A stretch of DNA of 64,000 nt, taken from NCBI GenBank assembly GCA_028023455.1, contig JAQFVV010000004.1, positions 17,112,001-17,176,000 of the forward strand, written 5' to 3'. This DNA is from Epiperipatus broadwayi (lineage: Eukaryota; Animalia; Onychophora). A program made the translations under genes and the position numbers. A model generated the notes under the pieces. That model worked only from the letters and a program-made list of their open reading frames with translations, was not told the DNA's origin and did not search any database. Below, one piece after another: positions 40,355 to 53,245 of the stretch (the first letter of the stretch is position 1; each line of letters begins with the position of its first letter).

Positions 40355-41272
40355 ATATTTAAATACAAGTATAGTATATATACTTAAATTAGATATATTT
40401 AGAGGGTATTTAAACCCAGATTTTTAAACTCCCTTCAATCATCCATTCTATCTTATACAACTGATACACATGACCACATACATGTGAAAAAGGCAAATGA
40501 TCTCCAATATACATATTTTGCGCTGAACAAGCACTCATCAGTTGGTCCAGATCATCACCTCCCACACACATATATAATCAGTACTCAATTTATATTAATA
40601 TTGCTACCTTAAATGGATAGGCTTCAATCTTCTAAAACTCTTCAGCCACCTATATCATTGAAAATCTGATGATGGTATGTTCAAAGCCCTTGTTTTGCCA
40701 ATTTTGTTGCCATACCCATGTTGACTGTAAATCAATACTTAAGCTATATATAATTAGAGGGAATTTGAACCCAGACTTTCCAGCTCCCTTCAGTCGTCCA
40801 CTCCATGGTCATGTGTATCAATTGTATCAGATGGAGTGGGTGACTCAAGGGAGTTTGAAAGTCTGGGTTTAATCCCCTCTAATTAGATCTAGCTTAAGGA
40901 TATATATTATACTTGCAATTAAATATTACAGTTTCAGCCTGTATGCTCACCATCCCTCTTATGTGTATTTAAAATGGTTTTAAAATCCTACATATGCAGA
41001 ATTCGATTGACTTACAGTTAACATGGATATGACAATGAAATTGTCAAAAGGGCTTTGAATATGCCAGCATCAGATTTTCGGTGATATGGATGGTTGAAAC
41101 CGAACACTGGTTATATATGTGTGTGGGATATGATCCGGATCATCTGATGATTGCTGGTTCAGCACAAAATGCATATATTGGAGATCATTTATCTTTTTCA
41201 CATATATGTGGTCATGTGTATCAGTTATATAAGATGGATTGGATGACTGAAAGGGATTCAAATCCCTTCTAG
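40355..41272. mobile_element. Family A palindromic element, older copy, with 14-bp TSD
   Basis: CTAAAATATTTTTA at 40341-40354 and 41273-41286; the paralogous site near 33502 has a single copy. Hammerhead remnants at 40503-40546 (-) and 41139-41182 (+), both with GAAA changed to AAAA. Confidence 0.82.
40738..40937. mobile_element. Mini-palindrome of Family A 3' ends nested at the centre of the 40.4-kb copy
   Basis: Arms at 40738-40806 and 40831-40898 with a 24-nt loop, followed by a tail ending gtttcag. No hammerhead. Confidence 0.75.
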
Positions 41273-44200
41273 CTAAAATATTTTTATAAGCAAAAAATGA
41301 GATACGTTCTTCCTTGTTGAAAAGATTACTTTAATTACAATAGAACTAAAATTATATATTTTTTTTTTACTTAGTAAATTATAAAACAGCTATTTTTTTT
41401 ATTCTTATGACATAGAAATACATTTAAACAAAGACAATTATCGTATTTCAGATTAGCAATATTACTTTAATCATTTTTACAAACAATTATTATCACTATG
41501 TTTATTTATACATTTATTTTTAATTAGTTATTTATTATGCTTTTTTGTAATATCAAACAATGTCATACTGACTTCAGTTCGATACTATTACAATATATAT
41601 TTGTTAAATATTTTCATGGATTAATTAAGATATAAACAAGAGTAAGTGGCGAATTTACATTTAATAATTAAAAAATCTCCAACAATGATGTTTCTAAATA
41701 ATTACCAATGAAAATTGGCAATCCAAATCACATCATATGCTCTAGTAACATTTAAGCGATTAAAGGTGATCTGTTTATTTCAGTACATAAGATCTTGCTC
41801 AAACATTTTTTTTTTAAAAAGTATGAGAATTTTGAAGAATCACATTTCTAAAACCCTAATAATGACAAATCTGAGCTCCATATATACTAAATATTTTCAT
41901 AGAGTAATTAAGATATAACTGAAGAAATAAGTGGAGTAATTTCATATAATAACTAAAAAAAAATGTCCAGCAATGATGTTACTAGATTATTACCAATTAA
42001 AATTGAGAACCCTATGCTGATCCACATGCTCTAGTAGCTTATTTGTCTAAGTTTTCTTACAGATAAAAGATGGCTCAGCTTTATTTCAATGCCCATGAGA
42101 CCTGAAATTCTGATATTTAATAAAATGTTAAATAGAATTCATGAATTCTATAGAATGTTTGGAATGAAAATCAATTCACTAGATCTAAAGCAATGGTTAT
42201 TTAATAGATAATTTAGGACTGATGATTAAATGAGATGTTTTAGTGGAAGTTATGCGTTTAAGTATAAAAGGAGTTATTGTTTATGTAATGATGGAAATAA
42301 CAAGATACTGTGACAGTCAGATGATGTATGTTAGTTTAACCCAGTTCGAATACTAGGCGAAAGTACCTCGAGGCCACCCATACGCGAGATATTAAATCAA
42401 GAATACTATGACCTCTGCCCTATTCGCCTATTCTCGAGGCTAACTATGAACCAATAACATTATCTGAGACACGCATAAATTATTTTCTCATCCGGCCACA
42501 AAGCTTAGCAACAGAGGTAGAGATATGGACGGGAACACCTACAGAGCTAAATAGTTAAATGTGCATAAAAGTGCTACGAAACATGTGTTTTGCGTGCCTG
42601 GATCATTGGAAAAGTAAAATAAAGCATTATAATAAAATTAGGAAACTCAAGCTTTTTATAGTTAAATAATGTTTAATTAACAACTTTAAAATATGAATAA
42701 TGATTTAATGGCCTCCGCTATTCCCCTAAATTAATGAAAACTAATTAGACAATAAAAACAGATTAATATGTTTGCGGTCTAAATCTTTTCTTCCCAATTT
42801 TATTAAAATTGTCAACCCGAATCTCCTCGATAAAGTGCAATAATAAAAATCTTTCACAAAGCATTTTTTAATTGCTTTGCGCTAAAACAGAGTTTAAAAA
42901 TTATTTAAAACGTATATAGCTAAATCTGATATACGTAATAAGCTAGTGGCGGACAAAAGAAGCGTTATCGAGGAGATCAAGTTGGCAAACAAAAGAAAAC
43001 TTACTCGTATTGAATTTTATAAATATAATGAAAATTGGAAAGAGATTTAAATGAAAAACTAACCTTTAAACTTAACCGCAATGGAATACAAAATATTTAT
43101 AAACGTTAGTAATGAAGAATAGCAAAGGAAAAAGGGTTAAATATATAGATAGATGATCACACAATATATATATCTAAGACTAGTCTAATAAAAAAAATGG
43201 TTACATTACAAATATAATTAAATACAACAATTTATAATATCATTCAGTGAAGCACTTAAAAAAGGGTATGAACAAAAAAAATAGAAAGTAAATAGTTCAA
43301 TGGAGGAGAGATACTATTACTGTCCTGGTTCCTTGATCATGTTCCATCGACGAGCGTAGCTTGATCCGTCCATCGATAGGTATTTGTCCAGATAATGAAA
43401 ATATGTAGCATGGTTTCACGAAGTCCTACAGACACGGCACAGAGTTCAGATCATTATTAGGTGGATACTACGGCATTTTGGATGGTAATTAGGAACCTCG
43501 GCGATAGGCAAAGCTATTTATTTGCCTAGCCAAGCATAGTAGAATCCATCAAATTCATATGACTTTTAGCTTGAGCATGTTCAAACTTCTCCATGATTTT
43601 GAAGACGACAGTTGTATAACTTTTTGGAATAAAAATCTCAACAAGCAAAAGCTGAAAGCGTTCTCCAAAGAGAAATCTGAATGCCAGCAAGAAAACTCTG
43701 AATAATCCTCTAGTCTTTTGTTCTAATTTCTATTTATACCCTCTTTGTCAGCTACCTTCTATTGTTTGTCTGATCTTAGATCTTGATAAGCCCACCCACA
43801 TGCTCATTTGTTTCAAGGTAACATTTTCTAAAAATAACTTTTACTTTTTTATTCTAAATTTCTTTCTTTAAACTTTGAATTTTATTAATTAAAAAAGAAA
43901 GAGAAGGCCATCTTTAATTTGCCTTGAATGGGCTAATTAATTTAAAATATACATTCTTTTAGAAAAATGTTGGTGGGCTTATCTCAAAATCAAATCATAC
44001 TAAATATTTGAACAAGATTTAAAAGTAAAATACATTCTTATTTCTTTTAATAAAATAAGCATTTTATTTCAGCAGAATTTTGCATTAACTCATATATATA
44101 CGCTTGACGTATATAAATATTTAACTAATAGGTTTGACAAGTAATTTTTATTAACAGAAATTTAATCTTGAAATGGAATTTATTTAAAATGAAATATTTA

Positions 44201-44689
44201 AATGCAATACAAATTTAATAAGCATAATTAATTTTAGTTTTAATGCAAAACCCTGCTGATATTGGACTATAAACTTAATTCAGGTCTGTAATACTAACTA
44301 AGTTTATAGAAAGCTGTGAAGCATGGATCGGACTTCAGATCCATTGCTTCAATACTAGAAGGAGAATTGCAATATTTAATCAGGCTTTTAATAAGATTAG
44401 GAATTTATTTTATGCCACATATAGCTGGAATTAAAAAAGACTTGATAAATGTTTTGTTTGGAGTACGTAAAAAAACTTTGATGATTAAAAAGAAAAAAGA
44501 CTTTTGTGTTGTAGATAATGGAAAATTTTGGAAAGATAGAATTTAAAAAAGGAATGGACATATTAACACGAAAAGATTATGAAGAATAATTAATGATCTA
44601 AAGGAAGAAGTTGTTATAAAATGTGAGGTTAGACTAATGGAGAGAAACGCTTAGAGTTGATGGTCTGATCTATCTTTTTGGCAGTTAAC

Positions 44690-44990
44690 TAATAATGTTT
44701 TAAGAGTGCTGAAAACATACAGCTTTTCCATAAACATGAAATATACTCTCTTAACTTTTCCATTCTCACGAGTTATCATTTTGCTTTTATACTTACTCAT
44801 TTCTTTTAGTTTTTTTATCAGTTGTTGTTCACTTGTTACTAATGATAATATTTCAAGAGAGTACTGAAAACACACAGCTTTTTCACAGACAGTAAACACA
44901 ATCTCTTAACTTTTCCATTCTCTTGGGTTTTCATTTTGCTTTTATACTTAGTTATTCTTTTATTTTTTTATCAATTGTTGTTCACTTGTT
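44690..44990. repeat. ~155-bp tandem duplication
   Basis: ctgaaaaca.acagctttt...ctcttaacttttccattctc...cattttgcttttatactta...ttgttgttcacttgtt occurs twice. Confidence 0.7.
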
Positions 44991-45322
44991 GGAATAAAAA
45001 TTTTCTTTTAACTTTTCTTTAATTACTTCTTGCATGTACCTATTTGTTTGGTATACATCTATGAATTATTTTTTAATTCATTTGTTCAAGTATTAAATTT
45101 ATTCCCTTATACATATTGCTTTACATTCAAACCAGTTTCAGTAGCTTTTAATTTTTTCTTGTTAATTAAAAAATATTTTTGAAATGAAGTTAGTTTGAAA
45201 CAAAAAGTGATTTTTTTTTTTTAAATTATAAACTAATAATTAACAATTTTAATTATTAGAATGAAAAAAAAAAGAAATTTAGTTTTACTTTTCTTTCTGA
45301 AATGAATTTTTTATTTTCCTAG

Positions 45323-45430
45323 GATGAACCAGTAAAAAACTTCCAAGCAAGAAATTATTTTCAATTTATGGAATTCCTTCAAGAAAAATATCATCACATT
45401 GTCATGCATTATTTATCTAAATATGTATAA
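45323..45430 (+). CDS. TBC1D32: TBC1D32/BROMI terminal coding exon, DEPVKNFQARNYFQFMEFLQEKYHHIVMHYLSKYV*
   Basis: Acceptor ttttcctAG, phase 0, TAA at 45428-45430, with downstream AATAAA candidates. Matches the BROMI C-terminus [23 protein letters not shown]. Confidence 0.88.
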   Translation, partial: DEPVKNFQARNYFQFMEFLQEKYHHIVMHYLSKYV

Positions 45431-46542
45431 TATTGTATATAATTTTACTTAAAATTTTAAAAAATGAAACACATTTTAATGCAAATTTAAGAGAGAAAAA
45501 AAACGTTTTCAAAATAAAGATCATAAAAAAACACACCCGTTTTTCAACAGATATAATGGTGGAGTCCATGATTTATGTATAAACTATGTAAATTACTATA
45601 AAGAATCCTGTGATAATAACACATTAGAAGTCCAAATCATTTTTTTATTATTTTTTATGAAACTTAGATCAAATCTTACATAAACAATTAAGCTTCTTAA
45701 ACAATTTTATATGCACTATAGGATTAAATGATGTTTATCATTTAAGCACTATTAGAAAATTAAACAAAAAAAAATATATACAGTGTTATATTTCTTTAGG
45801 AGAATAATAGTGAGCAATAAATGTACAAATATATTTGTGAATTAATTGTATATTTATATTGCAATGGTTAAAAATGAGTCTTCAACAAGGTATAAATAAT
45901 CCAAGAATCATTAACCACCTACTCTTGCAAGAATGTATAATTTATAAACACCAATCACATATTGGGATACAGTGCATGACATCAAACCAGAATTGGTCCA
46001 GGGTAGTTTGTACAAACAAATACATATGAATGAAAAAGGACAATGAACCCAGGGGATAATACTAATGAAATAAAATTATTTCATTGTAATTTGTACATAG
46101 ATAAACTATAAAACAAAACATAAATAATCAAAAATATTTAATATGAGCAGGTCCCTCAGATTTTCTTCATTTTATAGAACTAATAAATATAATAAAAGTT
46201 TCTTTAATGATAATGATTTCTAATAAACATGAAATCTTTTTCTTCACACATATTATACATTAGTTTGTTGATGTGTGTTTAACCTATGAACTCAGGTACA
46301 AAACTCTTGAATGAGATTCTATAAATCAATACTAATGCTGATATTAATCTTACTTAAATTTACACTCGTGAATAAATTAATCTTTACTATTTTGACTGAT
46401 ATTTACTTCTATCATTTTAGTTAAATTCTATCAGCTTAAAAAGAAATGGTTCTTTATAATTCCGATGAATAAAAGAAAAATCAATTTACAAAGGATATAT
46501 AAACAAAATACTTAATTTATGGCTATCTTCTATATTAAATAT

Positions 46543-48509
46543 GGTAGTCTTTTGATAGCCGGGCATGACCACTTGACGGAGTTGTTTATGTGTAAAAACA
46601 CATAAAAATGCCATTTCCGCGGCCATAATTACAGCTAATACAACACTTTTGTTGTATTAGCCATTTTAGGCTGCTGTATGGCATTGCACACTAGTGTGTC
46701 TTGCAATACTTTATGCTAATTTGCACAATTGTCTACCGTATCATGTTAGTGTTTATATTTCAAGTGTGCATAATTTTTTAAATATCGAATACATAGTATT
46801 TTTATTTGTAATTAAACGACGAAGTGTAAATTAATAATAATTGTCATACACTCAAAATTCTTCCCTACTGATGTTTAAATGTGTAAAACATTGTCAAAGA
46901 GAAGGTCCTAAAATGATTTCCAAAACATAATGCGGAAAGTCACGTTTTCGCGAGTCAATATACGAGAGAAGTAAAACGGCTGAACAAAACATTAATATTT
47001 GTAAATTGTCTGATTTGCCAACCACAGATTCTGATGCTGTGACATTTTTACAGACTAAAAATGTTCTACCAAACGAGAAGCAATGCGAGAGCTGGGAACA
47101 AATGAAATTGTTCATTTCTAAAAGTACGTGGCAATTCCGATGTCTGTCTCGATCATGTAATGTACAATGTTCGATTCGAAATAATACTTGGTTCTAAGGT
47201 TCCAGAATAACATTTTGTAAAGCGCTTCATCTCATATATTATTGGAGTTGGGACCAACTGACCCTCGAAGGCACACACTCAGAGCTGGACATTAGCAGGG
47301 TGCCCTTGTGGAATGAACCACTGGACTGAGAGTATGTCGCAAGAGCCTGTCACCCCAACCTTGCCGTCAAATTAGCGGGCCGGGTTTAATAATTGATGTG
47401 GATGAAACGATGTTCACCCGCAGGAAAAATCATCAGGGCAGGATATTTCCACAGCAGTGGATCTTTGTTAAAAGGTGTCGGGGGAATGGACAATGCTTCA
47501 TGGCCCCCATTCCTTCCTGCTTTGTGTCTACCCCTCTAGAAGCCATCAAAGACAACATTAAGCCCAAATCGACCATCTTCTCCGACTGCTGGAGGGGATA
47601 CAAAAGTGCGGACCTTGAAGCTGCCGGTTTTCACCATCTAACTGTAAATCACTGCTACAACTTTGTAGACCCCACCACAGGTGCTCATACCCAAAACCTA
47701 GAGCATCTTTGGGGTCTCTTGAAGTGGCATAACAGGAAGCAGCACGGAACTCCCAGAAATTTGCTTCCAAATTATCTGGCAGAGTTTATGTGGTGACGTC
47801 TGCACAAAGACGAAGACCTGTTCTTATGCATTCTGTCCGAGATGTCATGCAACACCAAACCTGTCATGTAGTGTATTATTTTTGTACTAAACAAAAACAC
47901 AACCAAAGTAAATAAACCAAAACCAAATAATTAAAACCCGGTCAATATCTCCTTTTGTTTACAGAAAGGTGTTATTGTTGTTAATTTTTATTTGTAAACA
48001 CACACAAAAAAAAAGGCAATCAAGATTGTCTTTAAAAAAGTTATTTTTAAGGCGATCAACATTGTCTTTAAAAAAGAAGTTATTGTTGTTTTTTTCTGTT
48101 TTTCAACAAAATTTTATTTTTTAAAAAAAAAGTTATTATTGTTTTTATTAAAAAAAGATATTTTTCAAAAATAATATAAAAATTGAAACATGTATTACAA
48201 AAATAAAAGCCTTGAAATAAAAAAATGTGTGGTTGTATCTTTTATTCAAAAATAAATTTAAAACACCGTAATTGTTTGCTTTTAATAAAAGAAAACATTT
48301 TTTTCAAAAATAATATAAAAATTCAAACACGTATTACAAAAATAAAATAAGAAAATGTATGGTTGTATCTTTTATTCAAAAATAAATTTAAAACACTGTA
48401 ATTGTTTGCTTTTAATAAAATAAAAGTGTTGGCCCGGCAACGTTACATTTTATTGTTTTTCCACAAAAACAACGCCAACACGCAGCCGTGCCCGGCTATC
48501 AAAAGACTA
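46543..48509 (+). mobile_element. Merlin (IS1595/ISXO2-related) DNA transposon, defective
   Basis: TIR GGTAGTCTTTTGATAGCCGGGCA / TGCCCGGCTATCAAAAGACTA (terminal CC missing on the right). ~130-bp subterminal tandem duplication at ~48160-48420. Confidence 0.9.
46976..47871 (+). pseudogene. Merlin DDE transposase pseudogene
   Basis: GPGLIIDVDETMFTRRKNHQGR, SDCWRGY, TVNH, HTQNLEHLW and YLAEFMW. Probable ATG>ACG at 46976, stops at 47195 and 47794, and a frameshift near 47300. Confidence 0.92.
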
Positions 48510-49722
48510 AAGTTAAGTTCTGTTTATTTAAATATGGCAATTACATATCACTATTCTATTATATCTATAATACCCAGCTCTTCTTGGATCTGCAATAATA
48601 AATTTCTAATTTAAAACTATACTAGAACTCAAAGTTTGTACTTCTACATGAAAAAAACACACAATTATTAATCTAACCATTAAATAACTTATTGGATTAA
48701 TAGTAAAAAAATAAGTAGATTTAAAATTTAGTAATAGATATATTTAACTGCCATTGCTTTTTAGAAAAATATCTATCATTATGTATGCAAAAATCTACCT
48801 TTGGCATTTTTCATGGAACATTTACTATACTGAGAATAAATTATTATGAACAAAACATTTTTTTTTCTCAAAATTAATATGACCCAAGATATTTATCATT
48901 TCTTAATTAAATAGATCTGTTTATTATTATTACCTTTTATTACTATTATTTTTTTATTAATATTATAAAACAAATTTATTTAATGTGTGATTATATTTAT
49001 TTTCACACTGTATATGTATTTTTTAACCTTATACAACTATATTTTCTTTTCATATTTAGAATAAAGATTAGTCTAAAATATTAAGAAAATGTTATTTAAA
49101 TATATCCATATAACAATAGCGTATTTAATGAATTGATGATTTAAGAACTGAATTTAATTTTAATTATTTTCTTGCATTTTTACTTCCCTCTTACATAATT
49201 AAATAATCATCTTCAACTGAGTGTCTCAATATGAATGAAATAATTTAGCAGATTTTTTTATGATCGAGTAATGAGACTTCAGCATTTTAACAAAGGCAAA
49301 TACATATGAAAATTGGCTCCCATTCTCTAAAATGAATGTTAATCATAGGCAATTCATCTAAAGTTTTATTAAATTCTCAAATGTTACTTATATATTTCGG
49401 TCTGAACTGATATATATTTTAAAAAAGATCAAGAATTTACTAAAATTTTTTTTATAAGATATGTAAAATGTATTCTCCATTCGAGATACAATTTACTAGA
49501 TAAAAAATATATGTGACAGTATGATCTCATCCAGTGATGGATTTATTCAAAAGTACAGAGTCCAGTGGAGTTTAAAATAATTAAAAACTTTATATTAAAT
49601 AGTTAAGACATAAATATCTACATAAAATAATAGGAACCTTATAAGCAAACCAAAAGTTCTCCTACTGTTATAATTGAACAATTATAATTAATATCAAATA
49701 TATTATGTTTAAAAAAGAATGT

Positions 49723-49893
49723 TTAATTAAAGAGAAAAGATTTCCACTTTTAATATAGGTGCTGTACTGATCTTATAATAGTTTATCCATGTCGAATATT
49801 GATGATACTCTTAACATGACATTGTTGAGCTATAATAAGATCGGTATTACACATACAGTATTTTAAAGGTGGAAATATTTTCTCTTTAATTAA
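49723..49893. repeat. MITE-like inverted repeat
   Basis: ttaattaaagagaaaagatttccacttttaatata pairs imperfectly with tattttaaaggtggaaatattttctctttaattaa. Confidence 0.65.
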
Positions 49894-50689
49894 ATATGAT
49901 CTCTGCACTTAGTAAATAAATCTGAATATTAAAAAGAATATTTGTAAAGATAATAATTTTGTAAAAAATGAATGTATAATTATTACATATGCAAGATTAT
50001 AATAATTAATATATGTACATATTAATATTTAAGATTGATTTATCTTTTTATTTCTTAGTTAGGAGATATATTTAAGTTACATATAATTAAATAAGAAAGA
50101 CAAATTTATGCTAATTCTTAATTAAGGTTTTATAATTTAGGGATTATTTGATTAATCTTTATAAGTGAACGCTAAGAAACCAGAAAAAGAACTTATTAGC
50201 ATTAACAAGAGTGTGGGCTTGTGGCTCAAAGAAAAACCTGTTGTTTAAAAGATCAGAAAATCTATGTAAAGAAGTTATTACAGATATAATTCCTTGATAA
50301 ATTCTTTCACTAATTCATTCATAGATTCATTTTGATAGTGTATAAAAACTTTCTGGAGTTAGAGAAGAAAAGAAATAAGTATATGTATAAGTCAATTGCA
50401 GTTTGATAAAATCCAGCCACACATTAGAAGTCATATAACTATAAAGTATTTTTTGTGCTAATTTGATCTGGTTATGTTAAAAAACTTCTACAAAGCTGAC
50501 TTTCAACAAGATGAGCTAATTATAGTCAGGTGTTTACTATCCATGCTTCCAAAATATAATTCCTCTATAAAGAAATATTTCCACACCTTATCAGCCAGAT
50601 GATGATGTAAATGCCAGCTTTTTTTGCTATCCTGATAGAAGTATGTTTCTGTTCTAGATTGGTGAAGTGAAACAGTATACAATATAAAG

Positions 50690-53075
50690 CAGGGATTCCA
50701 ATCATTTTTATGCCCGCATCCCTAATAAATTTTAATATATTCTCGCACTCTAAAGTAATAATTTATTTAAGAATAAAAGTGAAAGTGATCAAAAGAAATC
50801 TGTATGATCAATTTTTAATAATATATAAACAATAAAATATATGAAAAAGAAAAAATATTGTAATAAATTAAAAGTTGCATAATCCCTAGAAAAAAATTAA
50901 ATTTTCATCCATACATGAAATTTCTTTAAAAAAATTATAACTAATGTTCAAATATCCATAAGCCAATTTAAATTTAATGACACTTTTGTTCCTGCTTATT
51001 GCATAAAAGTTTTTCAAAATATGGCATTTTGTTGTTGATAGCAATCCGCATGTCTGCTTGTGCACCCAAGCAATTTCTAGATTTTGTCTTTATTGACAAA
51101 AGGACACTAAATCCAGACTTGCATAAATAAATGATCATGAATGGGATGAGCACAGTTAGTGCTTTTTCACAAAGTTTTGGAAATGTCCATTGTTGAATAC
51201 CAATATTGTTCCAAAGTTTTGTTTTCAAACTGCATTTCAAGAACAAAACTTGTGCACAGTTCAAAAGATCTTCCTTCAGCTCTTCATTATCCAAATGAAA
51301 GAGTATGGATTTATAATTCATTTTTCAGAAGTTTCCAGTCCGCCTCCAAAATATCCATCAAATGACTTTGACAGTATTTCCAAATGATCCACAATTTCTT
51401 TACACACACTTGGAATTAAATTCATCATCATCAACTATTTCTTCGAGTGATGGAAAATTTGAAAGATTCCCATTGTCAACACCAAAGATATAACTTTTCT
51501 TGGAAAACATTTAACTTTTCCCAGAATTTCAATATGTTTACATTTTTCCCTTGGATAGATACACTCAGGTCATTCATATGAGTAAAAATATCACTCAGAC
51601 TAGCATTTGGTTGAATTTTTGTGATTCCATTTCTCCAGGCAGAAGCTTTGACTTCTTGCAATTCGAAGAAGCACGTTAAAGCTCTTCAACATGACAGCCA
51701 GGGACTTACATGTGGAAAACCAAAACAGAATGCTCACTTCCAAAATCTTCACAAAGTGACTTAAAGAAGCATTGGTTCAGAGCACAACCCTAATCCAGTT
51801 TATGGTCTCCACAGAAGTGTCCAAGTCTTTTTTCAACTTTGGAAATAATGTTTTTGATGCCAAAGCATGTCAATGAAGAAAACAGTGGGTATCTTTCAAG
51901 TGCAGAAGTTCTTGTTTCATCAGTGCAAAAAATCCTGATTTATTTCCGAGCATGGCAGGGGCACCAAGGGTACACACAGAACCAATAATTTGGATACCTA
52001 AGTCATATTTCACAAAAGTCTTTTACACACTGGAAGACATTCTTTTCTTTTGTGGTTGTTTTCAGATCTTCAAAGAACAGGAAATCTTCCATTGTGACAT
52101 CATCATGGACATAACTCAATAATGTGATGAGTTGATTGCAATTCGCAACATCAGGTATTGTGTCCAACTGGAGATTTTCAAGGGACTAGCCCTGATATCT
52201 GTGATAACTTGATCCAAAATGTCCAAATTCAAATCACAAATTTGGCTCAGAATAACATTTGATAACTGCACTAATGTAAGCTTGTTTGGGGCTTCTTTTC
52301 CCAGAAGAATTGTTGCCATTTCTAATGCACATGGGTTTTATCACCTCTTCTGCTATTGTATGGTGCTTTCTTGGATTGGGCTACTTTATATACTATGTCG
52401 TATGAAGCCATCAACAGTGGCTTGACAGCAAATATAGAATCTTAATTTTGAAAGGGTTTCTCGAGAATCGAAGCAGCCCTTTTAGCTTTCAATGATTCAA
52501 CATCATGGCCTGAAACATCTGCTCCACCATGCCAATTATTGAAGTGTTCCAGCAGCTTAGATGGCTTCATATTTGTGTTGAAAAAGACAGTGTCCCAAAG
52601 TATGCATATAGGTTTTTGCAGATTCTCAATTGTTTTGATGTGAGTGAAACTAAACTGCACATAATCATCATTCGATTTCCTTTTCTTTGACATAATTAAT
52701 AATTTAAGAATTATAATCTGAAAAAAAAAAAGATAGTCAACTAGAAGAAAAATAAGTTAATCACCATTTATTTGAGACACATGAGAAATGAGCGCTGAAC
52801 AAGCATCACGCATGGGTTTATATACTCTGTGAAACATTCTTGAATATACATCACATGACATCATTGATTAATTCTTAATACTTCTGGAAGTTTCTCAAGA
52901 CATGATCACATGAATATATTATATATCAAATGATAAATAAAAATTGAATGTAATTCTTGAATATATAGGACAGTACCCTTAATATAATAATAAAAAATGA
53001 ATGTTATCTCACACATCCCTGGAATGCCATCTTGCACTCCTTGAAGGTGCGAGCATCCCTGGCTGGAAAATCCTG
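50690..53075 (-). mobile_element. hAT (Charlie/Buster-type) DNA transposon, decayed
   Basis: CAGG termini and a perfect 8-bp TSD ATATAAAG (50682-50689, 53076-53083) with a central TA, as is typical of Buster elements. Confidence 0.9.
50974..52693 (-). pseudogene. hAT transposase pseudogene (ZBED5/SCAND3-like family)
   Basis: BED-finger remnant MKPSKLLEHF, CTLGAPAMLG, THCFLHRHALASK, and C-terminal LIPF...YLCKSGFS...KTKSRN...Q.CH. Many frameshifts. Confidence 0.9.
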
Positions 53076-53245
53076 ATATAAAGTATTCAAACTCACAATT
53101 GGAGATGGAATTCTAATATGACTGAAAAGAAACCCCGAGTGGCATAAAGAAATATTAAGACTTCTTTACCAAAGACAAATTTAGATATCTGGGACTAATC
53201 TTATTAATTATTAAATGTGCATTAAAATTATTTTTTGTGTATATA

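Larger units (their letters stand above)
32720..41460 (+). repeat. Local segmental duplication: ~32720-33625 + 35337-35430, partial copy ~38950-39220, and ~39610-40354 + 41273-41460
   Basis: Long shared blocks such as aaaattaattagaccagt and gatcaagcatta...ttagtaaattataaaa...catatttcagactagaaat. The copies differ by transposon insertions. Confidence 0.8.

Noticed and set aside
42340-42360. CCCAGTTCGAATACTAGG T-arm-like motif
   Set aside because: Imperfect arm with no D-arm, anticodon arm or acceptor stem. Not a tRNA.
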